Origin: Tubiluchus corallicola
Lineage: Eukaryota; Animalia; Priapulida
Length of the DNA: 64,000 nt
Direction of reading: 5' to 3'
Assembly: GCA_030141605.1 (NCBI GenBank)
Contig: JAQGDQ010000091.1
Span: forward strand, 310,001-374,000
Below the pieces are notes generated by a model, which saw only the letters and a program-made list of their open reading frames with translations, was not told where the DNA came from and searched no databases. The stretch's first letter is position 1, and the number at the start of each line of letters is the position of its first letter. Below, piece after piece: positions 24,301-36,800 of this stretch. The position numbers were made by a program, and so were the translations under genes.

Positions 24301-27300
24301 TTATCTTCATATTCTATTAAAAAAAAACACATCCTTTAGTTACGCGGAATTGCTTTCCATTTTTGCCTGTGATGTTCAGCACTAATATTGCCTCATGGTT
24401 CCAGAATTATTTCCATTTTCGGTCGTTTTGGGAACAATTATGTGAGTTTTACTATGTGATTTGTTACCTAATAATTTTGCGTGATTATAATGAATAAAAC
24501 CGGCTTTTGAGAATTGCGCTGGCACTCAAGTCATTCGTTTAATAGATGCAGTGATTGCTTTATACTATAGTAACAGATTATTACCTGCCAAGCGATCTGA
24601 AATTGACATAACAACATCCTGGTCCAAATGGAGATAATAGCAATGTCTGATTATGCAATTTCCAAAGCTTTGTCGTAAGTCTGTAATTTTCTAAAACACA
24701 CGATCAGATTCACTGCTGCAAAAAATCAATTAGTATTTGTCGTGTTTGCCTGCATTCTATGGCCTCGCTCTTGCAAATTGTGACTTTGCATTGCATAGTT
24801 CTGTAAATATAGTAGCTCACAGTAAAATTATAGTTTGAGTATAATTATGTATATTCATTCTATCTATTCTAATATGTATGTGTGCTTGTGATTTTATCTA
24901 CAATTTTAATGTTTATGGCTAATTTATGATGCTTTAATGAGCTTATATTGTATTTTATAATTCGACTTTAAATCAGATTTTCATTTTCAAATATACACAG
25001 CAAAATTAATCAAAAGCTTTTAATTTTAATCTTACTAATACACCTAGCATTGTAATATTGAGAATGTTGAGATTTGCCAGTCAGACCACTGTAAAAGTAT
25101 GTATTGTTTTGTTTCCAGCTTCATGTAAACTGTGTGTGTGTATTTCAAATTGCACAAAATGATAAATGTACACGAACACATTAATTAGTTGCATTTAAGT
25201 TTTGTCGTAAAATTATGCATCTGGCTACCCAATACTGACTCTTTGGTTATCTGGCATGGGCTAGTCAAACCCCTGCAAAAATATACTGTTTTGCCACAGC
25301 TGTGTGTACCTATAAAATTGTGTATTTCACATGCTTGCCCAAATTGTGTTACCCGCTTTTACACCCCATCCATGATTTATTTAGTATTATAAATTTCTTG
25401 TTCTTTGTTCCCTCACTGGTCTTTGTCTTGCAAGTATTTTCGGAAATTGTTAGCAGTTTGCCAGTAACTCACGCTGCCAACTGCTATTTAGCCGCGCTAA
25501 CTTTATGACGTTTCGTGAAAGGGTATCCTGCAGAAATATATCTTTGCAATGGGCCATTTTCGGTTAAGTGCCATATTTTTCATTTGGCTAATAGGAGACA
25601 TGAATGTTCTTTCCGTAGTGAGTACCGGTTTAGAAAAGAATGCCAAAAGCCGTTCGCCTTAATGGTGCATTGTTGGTCATAAATTGTGACATTTGCTTTT
25701 TTGTGCGCACTTACCTTGTAGGAAGATTTTCCTAGCAGGCCAGGTAGGTAATGCTTACAAATTGCTGAAATAAATGGAAAAATCGAGGAAAATTCAAGTT
25801 GTAAATGCTTCGTAGACGGCACTTGCTTGGCCCTATCAGTTCCTTTTTTCGAGTTGTTACTTCTGGAAGAAATCAGTGCGCCATTATAGTTAGCCATTTC
25901 CTTTGTTATTTAATCTTTCCAACGACTGGTCTTTGTTCTGTGGGTTTATCACGACAGTTTAGTTTGCAGCAGCACATTGAGACAGCAGCAGTTATTAACC
26001 ATAAAATGTCTCCTATCATTTCTATTGCTCATTCACCCTTGATACGTAAAACAGCTGCATTTTACCTATGAGCTGGAAGCTATTGTTGTGTATATTATTT
26101 GCGGGCGGAAAGCTGAGTATATATCAATAGAAAAACTCAGATCTCCATTTTGAGATTAGTTTGGAAGCATGAAAGCATAGTAGCATGGTTTCAGATATTA
26201 TTTTAATTAATTGCCCAAAAACGCCTTTGCTTTGGCGTAATAGTGCCGTTTATTGAAAGCCTTTGTGTGTGCATCAAAGCCAGACCTAGCATGTTTGCTA
26301 ACTAAATGGAACAACAGATGACAGCATTAGAGCGCTGATTCGTAATCAAAGGCGTGCGCGCATTCGTAAATTATATTCAGCGTTTATTAAAATGCTTACA
26401 TTTTAACTTATTGTTGATGCAATGAGGTTCGCTAAAGCTTTGTGTAAATAAATGCTAAATTCAGCTGTCCGGAAAACGGATCAAACAAAGGATTATTTTA
26501 AACACACTGCGTGTACTGTAAACATGTATATGCGGTTAAACGTGTTCTATGCGATTACTCAATTTTTGTTTGTTAGGTTAACTTGCATAGTTTGGATTTT
26601 AAACACTCTAACCCTCTAAAATTTAGTTAAATTTACACGTTATAGTGATAAGCTTTCTCACACTAGTTTCTTAGTATAACGTTCTTATCTGTATTTTGAA
26701 TCAGTTTTTCCCGTGGCAGAAAAAAAATCATATACATAAATTGTAATCTTTCACAATTAGTTCACATACTTCTAAATTTATTTGTTTGTACAAGTAAAAC
26801 ATGTAGTTTTTGCTAGCTTTATTGCACGTTCGCAAATTATCAGGAAATCCAAGAAATGTCATCTGTAAATGTTGCCTCACAGTCTCAAAAACTATGGAGA
26901 ACAATGCATTTATCTGATTGAGTTACAGCAACCGCTGGTGGCAGTAAAAGCATTTGTAAACGTCTCTGTTCTTATTTCTTTGCCCATTCTGTCTCGCCAC
27001 GGTGAACCAGAATACAATAAGTGCGTACTATAAGTAGGCCCAGTTATTCGCCTGATTCATGATCGCCATGGCTTTCTAGTCAAATGCCGTAAATACTAGT
27101 GTCATTTCCATAATTAGACATGGTCATTTCAGTCGCTGCCCAGCGTGATTTACTGCCACGCGATGACACGCTGTAATTTCTACAATCACTATAAATGTGC
27201 GGGGGTGGATGCCATTGCATAAGTACTCATGCACAAGTAGGCTGAGGAATCTAGGTCCCGCGAGCAAATTGCTTGATTCGTCAGCTTCTGGCGCCGTTTA

Positions 27301-30300
27301 TTGCAACTGTTGTAGAGAAAAACGGTCATTAAGTCATAATTAAGAGGTCAGTCATCTAAAGTGATGACAGTCTATAAGTGCTTCAAGTACAATATATAAA
27401 ATAACAATCTAGACTTCAGTGCGCAGAATTGTGACAAAAAAATGTACAACTGGATAAACAATGTTTTGATTGTTCTTGGGTACTTGTTGGAATTGTGTAA
27501 CTTACTGAAAAAGTCTTATAACCCATTCCAGTCCAAATGCCGTATTCCATTTTACAGATAAAAAGAGCATAAATTATGTTTTTCCCTACTTATAGCTCGA
27601 AGCTTAAAGAGAAACTAAGGTGGTAAGGTAGGTAGTAGGCTGCTGGCACTAATTGTACTCTTTGTGTCTCTCCTGTATTTATTTTAACTTGTCTCGCTTG
27701 TTATTGTGCGTAGTTAACTTTTATTGTTTTATGCAGTTAATATTTATCGTGTGTATGTAGATACTTTTAAAACGTAAAATACATAAGTAAATTATGCTCA
27801 TGTAATTTAATCACATCGCTTGTATTCGTAATTTCTTTCTTGTATTCCTTCCTTCGCTTGATCGGTGCATGTAAAGAAGTTGTTATACAAAGTGCACTGT
27901 TCCTCGGAGGACAAATATGAATATTTTCCGCTTCTAAAGTCAATATTTTTCAAGCGTTCACCCCCGCATTCTTGTTGTTTTAGGTTCTATGCAGGCCCTT
28001 GTGCAGAACGGAAATGGGATTTTTTCTTGTATTTGTGTAATATACTTCTCTTCGTATGTACACCATTATTCACACTATTCTTAATTACAATATCCATCCG
28101 TAACTTGAGGTTACCGGTTTTGGTTTATCTCTATCATATGCCCCCTAGCAAACTTTTAACAGAAATCAGTCTCGTCTTTTGATGGCATGGATATTTTCGC
28201 TTTGGTACTTCGCTCTATCAATAAACGTCAGATTTTCTCTCCATGGAATCACGGGCCCTGTTTTACGATGAATTTTTTGAGATTATCATCACCCCTTTAT
28301 CTCATTATTCTCATTTTGAACTTGAACATCAGCGACCAAGCGGCGGCAGCGTCGCAACTGCACAAATGGACTGGAGGTTTTTGCCAGTGTTCACAAAGGT
28401 CGTGGGTACAATAACCATTTGTTGTTATGCAAAGTGGCTTCTGCTGTAGTTCATTAAAGCAGCAGCTGCAGAGGCTATTAAGTTATCCGTGAAAACGAGT
28501 AGTCACCATTATTTAAGTATATTGTGCGAAAGTGAAGTGCTTGTTTTTTTTCAAACATTTGCAAATATTTACCTCTGAACCTTTTACTTTGTTATTTGTC
28601 ATTATTGTTTGAGAGTATAGTCCTTTATCAATCGTATCTGTTGTTCATAGCCAGCTACGATTTGAATTTGGGGAAATATGCTATTCATGTTAAAAAAGTA
28701 AAAACGTACTTGTATGTGTTTTATCTGTTATAAAACATTTTTGGCCTTCTGATTTGCCGGCCCCAGCCCAGGTTTGTATTAATAACACTAAGTACAGCAT
28801 TTTAAAGCTAACTGCGCCTTCCTAAAATTCTATACGTGATATTCTATAGTATGATATTGGTGCAACGTTAAAACGTTTTTATTTCTCTGCATTTGGTTCT
28901 GTAATCCTGTAATCTAAAATCTGTCAACGTTTTGTAAAGACTTGGGCGTGGCTACAATACAATGTAGCCTTTATCCGGGTATACTATCTGCAACTGCCTA
29001 TTTTAGTATGAAAATTACTAAATGATTTTTTCCTGCTCAGTCGCCTCAGGTGTAATGGCAACTTTGTGTATACTTGGCAACAATAGCAGGTGCGATACAT
29101 CACTGCTACAAGTATATACACTCTGTCATAATCCTATTACTATTTGCACCTGATGCCTACAAAAATTCTAAAATTGTAAGTAAGCATATTCATGTATGAT
29201 AAATGTGTGTAAAGTGTATCTGCACAGCTTGATAGGTAGATATTAGTCCGCCTTAGTAAAATACATTTTGGGGCTTTGGTTTTTATATTTTTATGATGGT
29301 ATGTAGGTTTGGTGTTTTTTCACAGTATATTGTGTGTATAATATATGTACACATATATTAGCAATTTCATTACTGTTATATAAATTTAATATTGCATAAT
29401 TGATAAGTAATTAATTACAATCTCAAATATACGTTGACTAGGTGGTATCTAGCCCCACGCGTATTGACAGATGGCTAGACATCGTTGTACTTGTCTAATT
29501 ATGCTAATATGAAATTATATATGACCGTGTGACGGTTTACTACTGGGGTGAATATGGAAGCCACTTTTATTTGGCTTACGAACTTCGCCGTAAGAAATCT
29601 TGACCGTGTATTACACCTTGTTGTTGTAAACATGCACAAATGCAGACGTTAGAACAAGTAAGGGACAGTGTGAAGCTTTAGCAAATTTATCACGTCGTTC
29701 TGCCACTGACGCTGAGATCTCTGTACTATAAAACATTTACATCCTCGGGCTTGCCGGCTTCAGTATATAACTGATTGGCAAGTTCATCGGGAAAGGTACT
29801 TTATTTATCGACCGCGCCGTTAATTCCCTTTATAGTAGGCGATGTTAGATGTGGCATTTGCGGCATGGCACCCTGGCGGATGCTTGAAGAGAGTTGATCA
29901 ATCATACTGAGCTGAAAGGAGCGGCAGGGTTGAGTTTTTCTTGTGCAAATTAGCGGCGTGTGTTATTATTATCGTAAAGTTGAACGGCTTTCGTGCGCAT
30001 TTTGGGCATTATGGAGTTAAATGGCGTGTGCAGAGTAGGTTATAGCATGATTAACTCGTCATCTGTTGTGAAAGACCTGTCATGTACACGTTTTACTCTC
30101 AGTCGCTCAGCGCATTCAACAACCTCACTTTGTAACTCAGATTAATGTCAAATGGATGATTGCAGCCGCAGCATTAGAGTTAAATTTCCCCAGTTTACAA
30201 TTACGACGACGTAGTTAGTCTAGCGATTCCCTTAACCTACAAGTGCTCCTTCAAATTTGATGTAGACACAGACGTCCGTGGCTGATACAAAACTAACTTT

Positions 30301-32449
30301 GCCTACATCAGTGTACAAGTACTTTTAGCTTTTTACAATACTTTGTGTAAGTCAAGTTAAACATGAGATATAACCAAATGATCAGTGTGCGAAACTTGTC
30401 TGTTTTCAAGTAAAACTTTCTTGTCCTGTTACAAATTTCTGGTTTCTATACTTGCTACCGTCTTTGCTTTTTCCGTGCACGTAGTTCTTTAGCTGTTGTA
30501 GTTAGCTGTTGTTAGCAGAGCTTCCTGAATAGTGGGATCAATTATAGCGCTCAGTGCGCTCTCACGCAAGGCTATAACTTATCTCAGGTTTAACCCGCTA
30601 ATAGGATGTCTCAATTGATTTCTCTGTTTAGCTGACGTGCAGTGGTTTAAAGGAAATGATTTGCGGCAGATTATCGTGATGTTCTACAAGTTTCCCTCCA
30701 CCATTGCGTGTTATTCCGCGAAGGTTGTCAATCTGCGGGCGACAAGTATTGACCATAGCGCAAAATTGACAGCAGCTTCTTTGTGCCACACACACACACG
30801 GGAGATTTTCTGCGAGAGAGTTGAAGTAGCGTGGACACCATAGAGCAGCGGTTGCAAATCTATTAATAGAAAGTAGAACATTAGTAAAAAGCAAAAAAGT
30901 AGAAAGTACAAACTGGTTTCAATTTGTTTTTGCTAATAATTTTATTTGTTTTGATTTACGACAAGTAACACTTTTTGATTCGGCCATTTCGATGGCCTGC
31001 CTCTTACGTTCATCTCGAATACTCCACAGTTAAAAAGATCTCATTTTCACTGCTTAAAAAGTCCTCTATAGCCCCTGAGGGCAATGTAAAAGAATTCTTA
31101 TAAATTCGTTTAATTTTTTTACATTTGCACCAATCTCACCTGTCACATTGTTAGGTCTGTAGCTGGCGCAATAATACCTGCCTTGACTGTTACTGCAAAA
31201 TTTCAGCGAAAGAAAGAACTGTTTGATAAGCCATGTTGCTGTTGCTGTCTAGTTTGCAAGTTTTTCTGCAGCTTTAATTCTTTGGTGACGCACGCTTCCC
31301 GTTTGAAAAGTGAAAACAGAAGCCAGACACTTTACACGAATGAGAAACAGTTATTGTTACAAACCTATCACAAGAACCAGTCAACTTCATGCCCCAGCCC
31401 CAGTAATCTAATTACTTTTTACTTGGAGGTTGCCTAAAAGCAAAAGATGAGGCTTATGTCATTGTTATTAGCACAGTCATTATCTCTGAGTCACTGGTTC
31501 AAATTACTCAAATTGTAGTTACATCTGATACACATCATTCACTAGGCACACACAATAATATTAATGATTACGTTTGTCATCTTTCACCTTATACTGGGTG
31601 TATGATAGTCTCTACTCACATTTTAATTGCGCATTATATAATTTTTGTGTAATTACGTTATACATTTTCTGCCGAGTGGTTTTTATTTCAACTAGGTGCC
31701 GGTTTTAATTACATTTTAATAGCAAACTAAATACACTAATTTAAAAAGAGGTAAGCAAATGCACAACCAAGACCAGGTCAACTTCTAGATCTAATAACAG
31801 GAAAACTCGTTGATTTTCTTTTTCTAAGATTAAACATTAATTGTACAAGTAGGAATATATGTGAGATACTGCACTTCTTGTAGTTCATATATGTCGGTAT
31901 GCACGGAACAGGAAAAACTGCCATCCGTGTGTATGATTTGGTTTACGATTCCTAGACTATTACGACAGCCATTGAAAGTACTTAACCTTTTTGATAGATC
32001 ACAAACATATTGATTGTAAAATCGCACCCACAAGATCTTGCGGAAATTTGTTGATTTGCTTTTTATTCCGGAAAGGATTGTAAGCCTATTTGTGCATAAC
32101 ATCTTTACACAATTATACGGCGAATTCAGTCCCACACGTGTTTTTTGAAACCGAATTACATATATCCTATGTGTGGAAAATGTGTTCACACTTATAGTGA
32201 ACAATTTGCCAATTTTTCTACCACTGGTGGTTCGCCCATAATTTACGTATGTATAATCTGAGTATATGTATCATTTGTCTTCGAATAACTCTTGACCAGG
32301 GTTAACGCAAATTTGCGGCATTCTAGGCTCGTTGTTGCTTCTTGAGTGTCTCTTGCTAATCATTTAATTATTATTAAAAGCATTTACTTTTAATGATTTA
32401 CTTATTATTTGGTAAGGCTGAAATTTTGTATATAGAATTAATCCCTTCA

Positions 32450-32770
32450 ACAAGAAGAAGACCTGGTGAGAGTGGGGATATGCCAGGTAAAATCGTCCAG
32501 AAGTGATTTTTGTGAAGATCACCCATTCACATGCTCAGCATTTCATAATTACCACCGCGAAGCAGACGTTTTGACCACTTAGCTTACGGTTGCCCAACAG
32601 TCACAGTGGCCTCTCAAGTGTTCCCTCGCCCAGTCAGAAATGTTTTTCTTGACCTAATGTATTGTACATCCAGAGTAATGGATTGTGAATCAGAGGTCCT
32701 GAATGAAACCATCTGCTGAAGCCATGCTGCATTTCTTCACTCCTACTCATTCGCTGCTGCAGAACCTTAC
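32450..32770 (-). mobile_element. Possible decayed RTE-like LINE fragment
   Basis: GC-richer island; minus strand ccactgtgactgttgggcaaccgtaagctaagtgg resembles PLL-TV--RKL-W. Confidence 0.3.
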
Positions 32771-33708
32771 ATTTGTATGTTAATATTTGATATGGCACTT
32801 ACTGTTAATTGTACGCTACGACCTTTTAAACTAGAAATATCAATTCTGCTTACCAGAAAAGAGTTGTTTCTCATAGGTACCAATCCATATTGTATTTGAA
32901 GGTTCTTGCATTATTAATTAGCGCTTGCGTGCCTTCTGTACATGGGCATTCTTGATGTTTTTATGCAGTGTACATGTATTTTTATGTATATATGTCAGCG
33001 TTATAAATGACAGGCCTTATTTATACTGACTAGCCACAAAAGGTTAGGAAATATTTTTTATCTTTTTATCCGTCTTTGAATGCAAATCAATAAGTAGCAG
33101 ATTTTATTGGCTATACACCTGTTTTGAATTCCGTAAGTCATCACACTTTGTTGATTATGTAATTGTAAGCATTATTGTCACTATGACGTGTTTTGTGAAT
33201 TGGCTTTAAGTATTTGTATGGTGAATTTTCACTCTTAAAAGCTATATAACCAGTTAGGCAAGTAAGTTAAGCCAACATATTTATTGTTTACTTCCTTTAT
33301 GTATTTTATGAAGAGTAACAGGTTTAACAGCATTTTATTGGTCAAAAACAGTATTGAAGAATGGGCATGAGGCATTGAAATAGAGGTATTACTAGCAGGC
33401 TAACAGAAATAGTTCGTACTATCTCTAACTTCCATGAAAAGCTACCATTACAAATAAGTAGAATAACTTTAGATGCCAGATCTCAATTTTAATTTACAAT
33501 CAAATACTTATAAAATTGTTGTGTTAGAATAATAAGTAATAATATTTCATATTATGGATCATATTGCCTGTCTTACTAAAAACCTCTCAGTATTAACTCT
33601 GCAAAGTGCTATTCATAAGTGAAATGAAAAGGGCTTCAAACCTGCTGTATTTGGAAAACCAAACCATTTTTATTTGTCTATGTTGAATAAAATGTTGTTT
33701 TGTTGCAG

Positions 33709-33842
33709 AAAGAACGTCTAAAGAAGGAACTAGAGAATGAGAGAACCTTACGGATTGAGGCTGAATACAGGATGCAAGAAATGGCTACAGACAATGATAG
33801 GTGCAAGACAAGATTAGATATGCTACAGGACGAATTCAACAA
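33709..33842 (+). CDS. NCKAP5: NCKAP5-like exon (KERLKKELENERTLRIEAEYRMQEM...LQDEFN), 134 nt, phase 0 to 2
   Basis: Acceptor ttttgttgcag|AAA and donor AA|gtgtgt. Coiled-coil peptide resembles NCKAP5 EKLIHELEEERHLRLQSEKRLQEV. Confidence 0.85.
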
Positions 33843-36800
33843 GTGTGTTTACTGTTCATATTACTTTGTGCCTAATTTACTGTCAGTCATTCTAAGTTTG
33901 AAAACAATTGAAATGAAGACTAGTTTAGTACTAAACATTTGCCACAATTATGCTAAGAACTTAAGATATCTGCCAAATATTTTGTTTGAAATATGTAATT
34001 TTGGTTATAAATTTATCCATTTCAAAAGTGTGTTGCATAATAATATGTTTAATTTATGTAACCTTGTTGGGTATTACCTAATAATTCAGAATAAATGGAC
34101 GAAACATGTCTGGTTTCCCAACTGGGTGCATCAGGAACTTGTCGGTCTAGGAGTTATGTGAAAATTCTTGCAAACTGTAATCAAAATAACCTCCAGACTG
34201 AAGTGATAAGCCTCTGCTGCATTCTAAGATTATAAATAAGCAGAAATGTTTGTTTGCAGACTAAGAAATGCCTTCTTGGTAATACATATGCTTTGCTGTA
34301 CTTAAACTTGAACTATTCAGACTGCAATGTACATAATTTTCAAAATTTCATATTAGACAGGCAAATAAATTTTTGTTTTCAGAATTTGCCATTATCTGCA
34401 CTTATTGAGATTCTTGTATTTTTGTTTATGGATACATTTTTGGATTTTTTTTAGTATGGAAGATGTGATCAAGCAGTTGATGCAGTGTAAAGGCAAGATC
34501 GATGAACTGCAACAAGAGAAGGCTGTTTTAATTCAGGAGCACCAGGGGGTAACACAGCAGCTTCGAACTCAAATTAGTCAAACTGAGCAAGAGAACTCCA
34601 GTCTACGAAATGAAGTCAAGCGCATGGAGGCTCTGGTAATTAAACATTATAGCTAAAAACATTTTATAACATCGCAGATCCTGTCTATTTTTTCAGCTAT
34701 ATATATCATTTGTGTCACTTTTCTTTTTTATTCTTTCTCATCTGGCATCACTGTCATTTCATGGAAGCCACATTTTCATTTTATCCTTTTTGTATGAAGA
34801 TAAATATATATGTAACATTCAGAAAATGAAGTAATCACAAATTGTCACTAGTACAGTGTCACTGCTAAATTATCATGCAAAGTATCACTATCACTATTAT
34901 ATTATATTATATTTCTATTTAAATAGTAGGTAAAATAATTCTACCATTTAACCATAATAAGTTGTGATTGTTTGAATTTTTACATTGACCGCCCATCATT
35001 TTAGTTGAGCACGTCCGCATTTTACTTATTTTCATTTAGGAGGTTCTTTTTTTCACTTTCTACATCTTATTCTAAATATTCTTTTTTCAAGCTGTCAGCT
35101 TTAGGTGAAAGTGAACAGGATGGTGAAGAGGAGGTAGGGCTGGAAATGCTCGATTTACTCATGGTCTTGTCGCTTTAATTTACTAATGTGGTCATTTCCT
35201 TGCTTTTGCTTCACTTTAGCATTTTCTTTTGTTGGCTTCATGTATCAATATTTACAAATGTGTATTGGCTGCTGGCTATTTTTACTCATTAATTACACTG
35301 ATGCTTATAGTTGGTAAAAAATCGTAACCAAATGTTTTTACTAAGAAAGGTAACAATTACAGATGGGCTGTTTGTGCTTTTTGTGTCAATTTGCTAAATG
35401 TTTCTCATTTTCTAGTAATGTTGCAAGCATGAAATGCACAGCTATTGGCCCTGCCAATAGAGTGTTAATAATTATTCATATCATTCAAGCTTCGTTATGC
35501 TTTACATTACACTTATAAATTGATAGTATTTTTGGTAATGTTTTTAAACTAAGCTCATTACACCTAGTTTGAATTTCAGCTTCTTTATTTATATAATAAT
35601 AATTCTTCACATATAATAATAATAGCTGACTCATACTGACAGCTTTAACCGTTTACGACAGTACAGTTTTCCAGTTCAGTATGTTCATATTGCTTTATCT
35701 AAAGTTAATATGTTTGGCCAATTTGTTGGTGCTTTTTTCTTTCGCCTTTAAAGTAATGAACTAGGACACTTATTTGATTTTCAAGTGGCTTTCTGTCAAG
35801 CCAGATAGCTGCTGTGTTATGCCCAGGCATTGTTGAAAACTTGTGAGAACAGTAGTATAACTCTTTCAATATGTTTTTAAGTGTCTTTTTAGGGTTCAGG
35901 CTTTTTTAGGTAAGCTCAACTTTAGAGCAGTTTTGAAAAGGGAAAGCTGTTCTATACACGATTACAAAATATTTGGTTGTTCGATTTCGTACAAGAGTTG
36001 TTAGTGTGGGATAAATTTTCTTATAGATCATTTGACTTTTCTGATGCTGCAACCTGCTTTTGATACCTAGGTTCCGTTGTGCAATAGCACTCTCCATGTA
36101 ACACTAATTTGTTTCAGATCACATCATTCTAATAAATGACTGATCTTCTTTTTTTAAAAGAGTATATATTTTTGAAAACAAAACATTTTTACACATAAAT
36201 AATTTCTTTGCCAGACCGGTGCTGTGTCAGATCAAGGGAAGTTTAGAGCATTGGTGGAAAGATTGAAAGCTCTGGAACAGCAAAACTCTAACCTGATGGT
36301 GGAAAGCGAAAAGCAAAGAGTTGAGTATGAGCGCTGCCTGGATGAGATAGCTAATCAAGTTGTACAAGCTGTTATGGCACAAAAGGTTTTTATAAGTTAT
36401 TTTGAATATGTTTATAATTGTATTTGTCTCATTTTCTCATTCCTTTCACAATTACATCACCTTAAAATATCCTCTCTTTTACTATAATGATATTTATAAC
36501 TTTCTGAAAATAAGTCGGTTTCGGTTTTGCATTTCCATTTAGGCATTTTTCCTACTGATATGCAGTTGTGACACATCTTCCCTGAAAAAAACAAAGTATT
36601 CCAGATTTGACCACTGCTCCGTTTAGACTAATGACCGTTTTTGTTTATGACTAATTTCAGCAGTCCTATACTGGTCAGTCCTATATGACGTATGAAATTT
36701 AAAATTCTGTCTTGTTTATGTGTTTTTGTTTCTGGCATTGAATGGCACCTGCCCAAGCTTGTATTATTATAATCTGTGTGTAATTCCCAATGTAATAACT

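Noticed and set aside
32436-32486. AG...GT-bounded 51-nt segment as a possible upstream NCKAP5-like exon
   Set aside because: The phase-0 frame needed for the 33709 acceptor has an immediate TAA, and the segment borders a probable retroelement relic.
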